A DNA stretch of 64,000 nt from an uncultured delta proteobacterium. Its GTDB lineage: Bacteria > Desulfobacterota > Binatia > UBA9968. The translations under genes and the position numbers were made by a program. The notes beneath the pieces were generated by a model. It was not told where the DNA came from and made no database searches. It saw only the letters and a program-made list of their open reading frames with translations. The DNA is taken from positions 192,001-256,000 of the forward strand of contig CAWJZV010000030.1 of NCBI GenBank assembly GCA_963847445.1, given 5' to 3'. The first letter of the stretch is position 1; every line of letters begins with the position of its first letter. Below, one piece after another: positions 21,583-32,639 of this stretch.

Positions 21583-22602
21583 ATGCGGAATTTAAAAACT
21601 GTGGTTTCAATTGTTTTAGCGACTATGGTGTTCATCGCCGGCGTCGCCACAGCACAGGCATTAGCGGCATCGGCGCCGCTGGAAAAACTCACCATCGGCT
21701 GGAGCGCCATCGCCGGCTCGCAAGCGCCATTTTGGATCACCAAGGAAGCTGGGCTGTTCGAGAAGAACGGCCTCGACGTGATCATGATCTACCTCGACGG
21801 CGGGTCACGGGCCACTCAAGCGATGATGTCCGGCGATCTGCCGATCGCTCAGGTCGGCGGCAATGCGCCGGTGGTTGCCAAACTGCGCGGCGCCGATGTC
21901 ACGCTGATCGCCGGCTTACTCAATATCCTCGCCTACAGCATGGTGGTTTCACCGGAGATCAAAAAACCGGAAGACCTCCGGGGTAAAAAACTTACCGTCA
22001 GCCGCTTCGGCTCCAACTCCGATTACGCCACGCGCAAAATATTGCTTAAGTGGGGTTTGAAACCCGATGTCGACGTTGCGGTGCTACAGATACCGGGCGG
22101 CCAACCCACCCGCCTGGCAGCGATTCAATCAAAACAAGTGCATGGCATGGTGGCCCAGCCGCCGGTGACCAATCTGGCGCGCAAGTTCAATATGAATATC
22201 ATCGCCGAGCCGGAAGACTTTGGCGGCGCCTACCCGACCACGCCCGTGGCCGCGCGGATTTCGTTCATCAAGGACAAACGCGACACCGTGCGCAAATTTA
22301 CCCGTGCCCTGCTCGAAGGCATCCACCTGTACAAGACCAACAAGGAGTTCAGCAAAAAGGTCATCGGCAAATACGTCAAGACCGACGATAACGACGCCTT
22401 GGAAGACAGCTACCAGTTTTTCTCCCGCCTGGTACCGCAAAAGCCCTACCCGTCTCTCGACTCGATCAAAGAAGCCCTCGCCGAACTCGGCGAAAAAGAT
22501 CCCAAGGTGCGCGCGGCAAAAGCAGAAGACTTCGCCGACATGAGCTTGATTAAAGAATTTGACGACAATGGGTTTATCGATGGGTTGTACAAGAAGCGAT
22601 AA
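21583..22602 (+). CDS. NMT1/SsuA-like ABC substrate-binding protein
   Basis: Signal peptide, FEKNGLDV, DLRGKKLTVSRFGS and FADMSLIKEFDDNGF. Confidence 0.88.
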   Translation: MRNLKTVVSIVLATMVFIAGVATAQALAASAPLEKLTIGWSAIAGSQAPFWITKEAGLFEKNGLDVIMIYLDGGSRATQAMMSGDLPIAQVGGNAPVVAKLRGADVTLIAGLLNILAYSMVVSPEIKKPEDLRGKKLTVSRFGSNSDYATRKILLKWGLKPDVDVAVLQIPGGQPTRLAAIQSKQVHGMVAQPPVTNLARKFNMNIIAEPEDFGGAYPTTPVAARISFIKDKRDTVRKFTRALLEGIHLYKTNKEFSKKVIGKYVKTDDNDALEDSYQFFSRLVPQKPYPSLDSIKEALAELGEKDPKVRAAKAEDFADMSLIKEFDDNGFIDGLYKKR

Positions 22603-22640
22603 ATAATTCAATGCTTTTCCAACCGCAGGGATCACCTATC

Positions 22641-23590
22641 ATGGAGACTACGAGGCGATCTGCCAAGTGCGCTCGACGAACGAGCGCGATTCTCCGTATT
22701 ATCGGCCTCATCGCTGGCTTGGCAACGCTCGACATCGGTACTATCGGATCGGCTTACGCGCAAACATCGTCAATCCGATGAAACCCACTCCCCTCCCCGT
22801 GCAGGCTCCGGCCAAGGACGGCGTAGCGCAGCTTGACGACACCCGTCTCTGGTACTGGGACACGGGCGGACAGGGCGTGCCGATCGTGCTTCTGCATCCG
22901 GCCACAGGCAGCGCGCTGATTTGGGGCTACCAGCAGCCGGTATTCGCCAAGGCCGGCTACCGTGTCATCGCCTATTCGCGGCGCGGCTACTACAACTCCG
23001 CGCCCTTCGACCCGGAAAGTCCTGGTATCGGCTCCGAGGACCTTCGGCACCTAGCGGACACTCTGGGCCTTGGACGATTTCATATAGTCGCCTCGGCGGC
23101 TGGCGGCAGCATCGCGTCAGACTTCGCGTTCTCCTACCAGGACCGGCTCCTGAGCCTGACCATTTCCAGCAATTCCTTCGGCGTGCGCGATGGCGAGATC
23201 GCCAAGGCGGCGGCCTTCATTCGTCCTAAAGGCTGGGAGCAAATGCCGGCAGAGTTTCGCGAGCTCGGTCCGTCCTACCGTGCAGTCAACCCCGAAGGCG
23301 TCAAGGCGTGGATGGAGCTCGAACACAAGGCGCTGATCGGTAGCGAATACCGGCAAACGCTCAAGAACGAGATCACCCAGGCAAGGCTCAAGGAGCTGAA
23401 GCTGCCGACCCTGCTGATCTCCGGCGCTGCCGACATGTCGACGCCGCCGTCGATTTCGCGCATGATCGCTGCCGAGATTCCGAACAGCCGCGTGGCTCTG
23501 CTGCCCGAGGCCGGCCACTCGACCTACTGGGAACAGCCGGAGCTCTTCAATCGCGCCGTGCTCGACTTCATCACCGACCAGTCCAAATAA
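22641..23590 (+). CDS. Alpha/beta hydrolase, possibly with a frameshifted signal peptide (start uncertain)
   Basis: LLHPATG, ASAAGG nucleophile elbow and EAGHSTYWEQP. Confidence 0.8.
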
Positions 23591-23727
23591 CCCGCGGGAG
23601 CAAACGATTAGAATCTAGCCGCCGGATTGACTCACCTTCTCGCGCGTGGCAGCGCGCAAAGCGATACTCGCCCGGATTGAGAACTAAAACCCGCAGTTAC
23701 GAATAAAGACTTCTGGTGAGATATAGC

Positions 23728-24801
23728 ATGACAACCATTGAGAACATTGAAGTTTTGGTGATGCAGCAAATGCCGGATGCGGTCCTCGACCGCATTGCCA
23801 AGGTCGATCCGCGCGTCAAAGTTGTCGATGCCAGAGGATGGTTCGACGTTGAGCTGCGCGCTACTTGGCCGCAGTGGACCGTCGACCGTTATCTTGGCTC
23901 CCGGAAATATCCTGCAACCACGTTGCGACCAGCGCAACCAAGCGCTGGCGTCGGCCGAGATCATGCTCGTGGGCTGGCCGCCGGTCAAAGATATCCGCGT
24001 TCGCGCGCCCCGACTGAAATGGGTCCATGAACTGCCAGCCGGAGCCAGCAACTTTCTCGACACCGATCTGTGGGGTTCAGATGTTATCGTGACGACTTCG
24101 CGCGGCCTTACGAATCGCCGCCCGATGGCTGAGTATGTGTTGGCTAGCTTTCTCCACTTCTCTCGCGGGCTTCATTTGAGCTACCGCGATCAACGGCGGC
24201 ACCAACTCGATCATCGACACCTACGATCCGATAATTATTCGGGACAAGACCGTTTGCGTCGTCGGCACCGGCGGTATCGGCCAGGAAGTGGCTAAACTCT
24301 GTGCTGCAGCCGGCATGCGCGTGGTCGGCACGCGGCGGGCAGTTTCCTCGGGATCTGCAGCTGCCGCCAGGCTTTGCGCCGATTGGAACCGCTCGACGCA
24401 TTGCATGAGCTGCTGCGCGAAAGTGAGTTTCGTTGCAATTTGTTGTCCATGGACGACGGAGACCACACATCTGATCGGTGCCGAAGCCTTTGCCGCAATG
24501 AAACCGGGAACAGTTTTGGTCAACATCGCGCGCGGCGAGATCATCGATGAAGAAGCTTTGATCATCGCTCTAGACCAGGGCAAACTGCGCGGCTTTGCCA
24601 CCGACGTTTACGACGGTGAATTCGAGCGCCCGCCTGATATTCGCCTGTGGGACGATGAACGCGTCGTCATCACGCCCCATGTTTCCGCGGCAACCGATAT
24701 CTCCGAGCATCGGTGGTGTGAAGTTATTCTGCGAAAACTTGCGCCGTTATCTCGCAGGACAGCCGTTGGAAAACGTCATCGACTGGCAGCGTGGCTATTG
24801 A
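23728..24801 (+). CDS. D-2-hydroxyacid dehydrogenase family protein, multiple frameshifts
   Basis: VVGTGGIG, MKPGTVLVNIARG and VITPHVS. Confidence 0.82.
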
Positions 24802-24948
24802 AATTCATGCCGTAACCGGTGACGATCACCAACGAGATTCCTGCGTGAATTGGCAAGTGGTATAAAATGTCAATGGCCTGCGTCTGCCGAATGGCGAATG
24901 CAATTCGCCCCTTATCCCTTTACGCTTTACGCCTTTGGACCATGTATT

Positions 24949-25699
24949 TTACCCGACAAAATGAAACCCGCCGTCGACGTTCAGCAACTGTCCGGTCATA
25001 AAGTCGCTCTCGCTCGACGACAAAAACAGCACGGTCCCCACTAGATCGCTTTCCACCTGGGTCTTTTTCAGGCTGCGCTGCTGGGCGCGGATCTTTTCGT
25101 ACTCGGGATCGACTTGGCGGCCTTCGGTGACGACGAAGCCAGGACTCACCGAGTTGACGCAGATGTTCCAGTCGCCCAACTCTTTCGCCATCGCCCGGGT
25201 CATGGCGATGAGCGCGCCTTTTGATGTGACGTAATGAATGTAGTTCGGATTGCCGGTGAGGGCGACGTTGGAGGAGATGTTGATGATCTTGCCGCTCTTT
25301 TGCTTCATCATGTACGGCGCTGCAGCTTTGGCGCAGAGCCAGGAGCCGCGCACGTTGACCGCCATCGCTTTGTCGAACTCCTCAACGGTCATTTCCCAGA
25401 ACGGCCCCTTCCATACGCGACATGAAATAGGCCGCGTTGTTGATCAGGATATCGACGGTGCCGAACTGCTTCACGGTTTCGCGCACCATCGCCTTCACGC
25501 TCTGCTCGTTAGACACATCGCAGGCCATGCTGATCGCCGTGCCGCCCATGTCTTTGATCGTATTAACGATCTGATCCGCACTGGCGATATCGGGCAAGCT
25601 ACAACTTCGCGCCCTTCTTTGGCAAACGCCAGCGCATACGCCTTGGCGATCTTGCCGCCGCCGCCGGTGATGATCTACGGATTTATCTTTGAAACGCAT
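24949..25699 (-). CDS. Short-chain dehydrogenase/reductase (tandem paralog 2), frameshifted
   Basis: NNAA and YVTSK motifs; highly similar to 25792..26538. Confidence 0.85.
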
Positions 25700-25713
25700 C
25701 GGAGCTCCATGAA

Positions 25714-25786
25714 GGTAAGGAGTAAGGAGTGAGGAGTGAAGAAGTTCGGATCGGAACCCCTTACTCCTTACTATTTACTCCTAACT
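25714..25786. repeat. Tandem-repeat hairpin, family C (7-nt AGGAGTA / TACTCCT units)
   Basis: GTAAGGAGTAAGGAGTGAGGAGT ... CCTTACTCCTTACTATTTACTCCT. Confidence 0.8.
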
Positions 25787-25791
25787 GTTCT

Positions 25792-26538
25792 TCATCCGAC
25801 AAAATGGGCGCCGCCGTCGACGTTGAGCAGCTGGCCGGTCATGAAGTCGCTCTCCGGCGATGACAAAAACATCACGGTGCCGACCAGATCGTTCTCGACC
25901 TGGACGCGCTTGATAGCGCGATTGGCGACGCGGCTGGCATTGAACGCCGGATCGACCGCCCGACCTTCGGTGACGACGAAACCGGGACTGACCGTGTTGA
26001 CGCAGATGTTATAGTCGCCGACTTCCTTCGCCATCGCCCGGGTCATGGCGATCAGCGCGCCTTTGGAGGTCACGTAGTGGATGTAATTCTGCCCGCCGTT
26101 GAGCGCGGTGCCGGATGAGATATTGATGATCTTGCCCTTGCCCTGCTGCTTCATGTACGGGAACGCCGCCTTGGCGCACAGCCACGAGCCGCGCACGTTG
26201 ACCGCCATCGCCTTGTCGAACTCATCGACTTCCATCTCCCAGAACGGGCTTTTCTTGACGGTCATGAAATATGCAGCGTTGTTGACCAGGACATCGACGC
26301 TGCCAAATTGTTTGGCGACGTTGTCGACCATCGCCTTGACGCTCTTTTCGTCGGAAACATCGCAGGCCATGCTGATCGCCGTGCCGCCCATGTCCTGAAT
26401 CGCTTTGACGACGTGATCGGCGCTGGCGATATCCGGTAGCGCCACTTTCGCGCCTTCTTTGGCAAATCCCATCGCATAGGCTTTGCCGATCTTGCCGCCG
26501 CCGCCCGTAATAATCACCGACTTGCCTCGAAAGCGCAT
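25792..26538 (-). CDS. Short-chain dehydrogenase/reductase (tandem paralog 1)
   Basis: TGGGGKIG, NNAA, YVTSK and NVDGG. Confidence 0.92.
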   Translation of the reverse strand: MRFRGKSVIITGGGGKIGKAYAMGFAKEGAKVALPDIASADHVVKAIQDMGGTAISMACDVSDEKSVKAMVDNVAKQFGSVDVLVNNAAYFMTVKKSPFWEMEVDEFDKAMAVNVRGSWLCAKAAFPYMKQQGKGKIINISSGTALNGGQNYIHYVTSKGALIAMTRAMAKEVGDYNICVNTVSPGFVVTEGRAVDPAFNASRVANRAIKRVQVENDLVGTVMFLSSPESDFMTGQLLNVDGGAHFVG

Positions 26539-26699
26539 AAAGTTCTCCTTTAGCTTAGTTTAAGTGTCACTTAACACCCGGTCCCAAGTGTGTCAACGAA
26601 ATCAGCCACAATCAGCCAATTGATTGACAGCAACACCACTGACTTTTATGATCGCCCCACATGTACCGATCACGCTTAGTTGATTGTTTGGCGTTGTCT

Positions 26700-26842
26700 C
26701 GAGCAAAGATATACCTGCAAGATCTCGATCGCTCCAAGCCCGGCACGCGGAATTGAACCCGCTGAGATTTGCCGGTATGGATTTGGTCAAAGAACTGGAG
26801 ACCAGCGGTTTTATCGATCGCGTCTTCGGCAAGAAATCCTGA
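26700..26842 (+). pseudogene. C-terminal remnant of an NMT1-like binding protein
   Basis: ...FAGMDLVKELETSGFIDRVFGKKS* matches the tail shared by the intact paralogs. Confidence 0.55.
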
Positions 26843-26861
26843 GAGAACGAGGCTGACATCC

Positions 26862-27821
26862 ATGGCTAAACTGAAACTCACCATCGCATTCGACAAGTAC
26901 GATTACCTGCAACCCTGCGCGACGGCCAGATCGAAGCCCAAGGCCTCGACTTGAACGTCATCACCGTCGAGAGCGGCATCCGCCATGAACGGATGTTCCA
27001 CTACGGCGAGTATGACGCCTGCGAGTTTTCCATGTCGTCCTATCTGGTCGCGCGCGGCCAGAGACATCGACCGGCTGCAAGCGATCCCGTTTTTCCCGCG
27101 GCGCATGTGGGGCCATAAGTTTTGCTTCATCAAGGCCGGCTCCGGCATCAAGAAGCCGTCCGATCTCAAAGGCGGCCGCATCGGCCTGCGCAGTTACGAA
27201 AACACTCTGGCTCTGGTCAGCAAAGGCATGTTGATGAACAGCTACGATCTCGGCGTCGGCGATGTCACCTGGGTGATCGTCAACAAAGAGCATGTCGGCT
27301 TCAAGCTGCCGCCTCATATCAAGGTCGAATTCGTCGAAGGCAATCGCAAGCTCGAAGATCTGCTGGTCGAAGGCAAGGTCGACGCCGAAGTCGAACCCGA
27401 CTTGCCGCAGCGCTGGATTCGCGGCGATGGCACCGTCGAGCGGCTGTTCCCGGATTTCGAGAATGAAGAACGCGCCTATTACAAAAAGACCGGCATCTTC
27501 CCGATCATGCACCCGGTCGTGATCAAGAAAGAAATCCTCGACCGCGACCCTTGGGTCGCCACGAGTTTGTACGAAGCGCTGCTCGCATCGCGCAAAGCCT
27601 ACAACGAGTTCATGGAACAGCCGCACCGGCTGAGCTTCGCCTGGGGCCGGTCATATTTGGAAGAGGAACGAAAGTTTTTTGGCAAAGATCCATTCTATCA
27701 GGGCCTGAAGGAAAACTATAACGACGTGGAGAATTTGATAAAATTCGCCGGCCAGCAAGGCATGCTCGGGCGGGACTTGAGCGTGGAAGAATTGTTTACG
27801 GAAAATACCAGAAGCACTTAG
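26862..27821 (+). CDS. 4,5-dihydroxyphthalate decarboxylase-like protein (periplasmic-binding fold), frameshifted
   Basis: KLTIAFDKYD, EFSMSSY, IPFFPRR and YYKKTGIFPIMH. Confidence 0.75.
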
Positions 27822-27959
27822 ATACCACTCCATGACGATGCGAGGATGCGAAGCATTTCGACCGAATGTCGAGATGTCTCATCGCTCCACTCCTCGGAAT
27901 GACTCAATGAAGCCGATACCGACGAGTTATTTGAGACATCGAACGCATAGGAGGAAGCC

Positions 27960-29055
27960 ATGGCCGATTACCGAATCATCGACGCTGACGGGCATGTAAT
28001 GGAGCTTGACTCCGAACTGCGCGAGTTTATCGGCGCCCCTTATAACGACTTGGAGTGGCATCACAGCTATTCATTTTGGCCTGGCCTTACCATGGACGGC
28101 TTTCTCCGCTCGCTGCGCAAGAAAGGCGGCTGGGCTGGCGGCGGCACCGGGCCAAACGCTCAAGACTGGCTGCGCTTCCTCGACATCAACAAGATCGAAC
28201 TCACGGTGCTTTATCCGACTCAGGGGCTGACCCATGGAGCGATTCAGGATCATGACTGGGCGATCTGTATGGCGAGAGCCTACAACGATTGGCTTTACAA
28301 CAAGTTCATGGCGGTAAGCCCGCGGTTAGTCGGCGTCGCACTGCTACCGATTCAGGATATTGGCGAAGCAGTAAAAGAATTGCGCCGCGCCGTAACCGAA
28401 CTGGGCATGGTGGGTGCCGTGCTGCCGGCCGTCGCGCCTGGGGGCCGACTCTACAGCGGACCGGAGTTTTATCCGCTCTGGGAAGAAGCGCAGAAACTCG
28501 ACGTGCCGGTGTCGACCCACGGCGGCCTCAGCATGCCGTCCCTCGGCCTGGATGCGGTCAACAACTTTACCATCGGCCACACACTCGAACATCCCTTCGC
28601 GCAGATTCGCCAATTCACCGCGTTGATGTTCGAAGGGGTTTTCGAGCTGTTCCCCAATTTCAGATTCGGCTGCATCGAGTGCGGCGTCGGCTGGGTGCCC
28701 TACATGATGGACCGCATGGATGAAGAACAGGAACGCAAAGGCCACTACTCGCCGCGCTGCAAGTTAAAACCCAGCGAGTACGTCAAGCAAGGGCAATATC
28801 TACTTCGCCGTCGAAGTCGAAGAGTCGGCATTGCCGCTGGCCGCGCAAGTCGCCAACGACAACGCGCTCATCTGGGCCTCCGATTACCCGCACGAACGCG
28901 ACCAACGCGACTTCAGCCACGACATCCCGAACTTGATCAACCGCAAAGACGTCAGCGATGAACTGAAGCGGAAGATTTTCTGGGACAACCCGCTGCGCTT
29001 TTATCCGCGGCTGAAAGCGCGAATCGAGAGGAGTGAAAAGAAGGCCGTTGCGTAA
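27960..29055 (+). CDS. Amidohydrolase_2 family protein, frameshift near 28800
   Basis: IIDADGH, LYPT, IECGVGWVP and WASDYPHE. Confidence 0.87.
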
Positions 29056-29070
29056 TTTTGCGAAATTCTA

Positions 29071-29155
29071 TTTCACAACGAAGGGCACGAAGAGCACGAA
29101 GTTCGGAGTATTAAATTTCCGAACCCTTCGTGTCTTTCGTGAGCTTCGTGGTGAA
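29071..29155. repeat. Tandem-repeat hairpin, family D, between convergent genes
   Basis: TTCACAACGAAG-GGCACGAAG-AGCACGAAG ... CTTCGTG-like units ending CTTCGTGGTGAA. Confidence 0.85.
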
Positions 29156-29204
29156 TAATCTTTGGTTGCGGCTCTGCTGCGCTAGCCCTTTGCGGCTAAT
29201 TTTC

Positions 29205-32200
29205 TTAATGAAAATCCCGGCTGCGCGCACTCGTCGGCTGCAGCTCTACTCTCGGCTCCCAGAGTCGTTCAGCCACTAGATGCACCACGCCGTCCTCCGC
29301 TTGCAGTTTGCCGCTGATGCCGAGAAAGCTCACCGTCTTCGCCAAGACTGCGTAGCGCTGGAACACACTCTCCCAGACAACCACGTTGACGAAACCGGTT
29401 TCATCCTCCAGCGTCATAAACACCACGCCGCCGGCGGTGCCCGGCCGTTGCCGGCAGATCACCAAGCCGGCGTAGTGAATCTTTTCACCATTCCTCATCG
29501 TTGCCACAGTGCCGGCGTCCGGCAGCCCCTGGCGGTTTAAATCTCCCCGCAGCGGCTCCAACGGGTGACGCCGGGCGCTATGCGCCGTGCGCCGATAGTC
29601 CCAGCCGACTTCTTCGAAGTCAGTGAGTGGCGCGAAGTCCGGGATTGGCTTCCTCTACCGACATCGTCAACGACTGTTCTCGGGCTTGAACCAGGCGGCG
29701 CACATCCCAAAGAGCGTTGCGCCGAGCCACACTTAAACCATCGAAAGCACCTGCCTCCGCTAGCGCACATAAACTCCCCTCGTCGAGTCCGGTACGCCGA
29801 ACGAAATCCGCCAATGAGACGAACGGCCTCACCCGCCGTACGGCTTCGACTCTCTGCCAATTACCTTCGCCCATGCTTTTGACATAGCGCAACCCCATGC
29901 GCACGGCGAAGCCCCCAGCGCTTTCACTGCAACACTCCAGCGTGCAATCCCAGTCGCTCGCTTGCACGTCGATGGAGCGAACCGCGACGCGATGCCGCTT
30001 GGCATCTTCGACGATCGTCGCCGGCGTGTAAAAGCCCATGGGTTGGGCGTTGAGCAACGAGCATGAGTATTCGGCATGGTAGTGGCACTTCAACCATGCG
30101 GTCGCATAAGCGATCAGCGCAAAGCTCGCCGCGTGGCTTTCCGGAAAACCATATTCGCCGAAGCCGCGAATCTGCTCGAAGACCCGCTCGGCGAACTCGG
30201 CGGCGATGCCTTTGGCCTGCATGCGCGTGATCAAGCGCTCGCGGTGGCGCTCCATCCGTCCGGTGCGGTGCCAGGCCGCCATGTCGCGGCGCAGTTGATC
30301 CGCTTCGCCGGGCGTGTAATCGGCGGCGATCATCGCCAAGCGCATCACCTGTTCTTGAAACAGCGGCACGCCGAGGGTTTTTTTCAACACCGGCTCTAGC
30401 GACGGATGCGGATACGCCACTGTCTTCCTTGCCCTGGCGTCGCCGCAGATAGGGATGCACCATGCCGCCGGTGATCGGCCCAGGGCGAACGATGCTGATC
30501 TCGATGACCAGATCGTAGAAGTTACGCGGCCGCAGCCGCGGCAGCATCGCCATCTGGGCGCGGCTTTCGATTTGGAACACGCCCACCGTGTCGCCTTTAC
30601 AGATCATATCGAAGGTCGCTTCATCGCGCGCTGGGATCGTCGCCATCGACAGCTCGACGCCGCGCTGTTCGCGCAGGAGCTTGAAGCAGAGATCGAGCTG
30701 GGTGAGCCCGCCCAGGCCGAGCAGGTCGACTTTAAACAGGCCGAGAGCTTCGACGTCTTCTTTGTCCCACTGGATCACCGTGCGCTCGGCCATCGTGGCG
30801 TTTTCGATCGGCACCATGTCGTGCACCGGTTCGTGGCCGAGCAGAAACCCGCCGGGGTGGATCGACAGATGGCGTGGAAAATCTAAAATCTCGTTGGCGA
30901 GCTGCAGCAGATGCTCATGCAGCCCGGTGGCCGGATCGACACCCAACGTCTGCCAACACTTCCGGCCGGACGTTTTCGTAGGATGATAAAAACTTCGCCA
31001 CCCGATCGAGCGCAGTCTCGGAAATCCCCAAAGCCTTGCCGACATCGCGCAGCGCCGAGCGCGACCGGTAGCGCACCACGTTGGCAACCATGGCGGCGCG
31101 GTCGCGGCCGTATTTCTGATAAACATGCTGGATCACTTCCTCGCGCCGGCCATGCTGGATGTCGAGATCGATGTCCGGCGGCTCGGCGCGCTCCATGGAA
31201 ATGAAGCGCTCGAAGAGCAAATCCATACGCACCGGATCGATAGCCGTGATGCCGAGGCAATAACAGACAACCGAATTCGCCGCCGAGCCGCGTCCCTGGC
31301 AAAGTATGCCGTTGGCCCGGCAGAACTCGACGATCTCCCACATGGTGAGGAAGTAGCCGGGATAGTCGAGCGCTTCGATGATCTCCAGCTCTTTCTCCAA
31401 CTGCGCCGCCACCGTTTCCGGAAGGCGCTCGCCGTAACGCCCACGCGCGCCGTCGAACACTTGCCGGCGCAACCACTCCGCCGAAGTCATGCCACCGGGC
31501 AATTGTTCCGATGGATAGCGATAGTGAATTTCCGCGAGAGAGAAGTTGCAGCGCTCGGCTATCTCCAGCGTCCTCTCCATCGCCGCCGGATCGTCGGCGA
31601 AAAGCCTGGCGAAAGCGTAGGGCGGCTTTAAAGCAAACTCGGCGTTGGGTTTTAATTTTCGCCCACAGGCAGCAACGGGAACGCCATGGCGAATCGCCGT
31701 CAAGACATCCTGCAAACGGCGCCGCGACGGATTGTGATAGAGCACTTCGTTGGCCGCGATCGATGGAATATCGAAGCGCTTCATGCGCTCACGCCAATCC
31801 CTTTCCAGCGCCGACCTCCTCCTCACAACGATGGCGCGCGATCATGCCATAAAGCCGATCGCCGAAGGCGTCGTGCAATCGGCCTGTGACTTTGTCCAAA
31901 GCCGCCTTGCCCACGGCGCGTTCTTTTCCGTCATTCCCGCGCACGCGGGAATCCAGGTCTGTTTTTTTCCCTGCGTAGCCATTCGTCTGAATGCCCGCTT
32001 TCGCTGGTATGACGGTTGAACTCTCCCCACCACCCCACAGCGCAATCAGCCCCGCCGCATGCGCACACACCTCATCCCAACCGACAGCGCTCTGCCCTTT
32101 CTCCGACCGCCGCCGTCCCTTGGTAATCAACCGGCACAGATTGGCGTAGCCGCCACGATCCTGGGCCAGCAAAACAATTGTCGAGCCGTCATCGATCGAG

Positions 32201-32403
32201 ATCTCCGAGCCGATGATCAGCTTCAGCCCCACCTCGCGCGCCTTCACATGCGCCCGCACGACGCCATAGACCCCATCCCGGTCGGTCAACGCCAACGCCG
32301 GCAGGCCCTGCCGAAACGCCTCATCGACCAACTCATCCGGATGGCTCGCGCCTTCGAGGAAGGAAAAATTACTTTTGCACCAGAGGGGAATGTAGGAGGA
32401 CAT
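29205..32403 (-). CDS. dnaE2: Error-prone DNA polymerase DnaE2, multiple frameshifts
   Basis: [51 protein letters not shown] and C-terminal SRDFH. Confidence 0.93.
31928..32015. repeat. REP/RPE-like palindrome lying in frame within the dnaE2 PHP domain
   Basis: CCGTCATTCCCGCGCACGCGGGAATCCAG ... CTGAATGCCCGCTTTCGCTGGTATGACGG, translated as VIPAKAGIQ...LDSRVRGND. Confidence 0.85.
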
Positions 32404-32554
32404 TGGGAAAACCTACTTGGCTAGAACAGCCTAAGTAGGTCGATCTCGTCCGAAATGCAATAAAAACGGCAAATCGCCAGTAGCTTGAGAACTTTCCGTA
32501 TAGTCGATACCGGCAGGGGGGCGAAGCGGAATCAGAATGCTACTAAGAGGCAGA

Positions 32555-32582
32555 TAAAAAGAGGGGGCCGTCCACCCCCCTC
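32555..32582 (-). terminator. Probable intrinsic terminator after tadG
   Basis: Minus strand G-rich arm, short loop, CCCCCTC arm, then TTTTT. Confidence 0.6.
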
Positions 32583-32639
32583 CGACCACCAGAATGATCG
32601 GAGGGGAAGTTGGCGCAAACCAAGATGCTGGTGTTTAAA

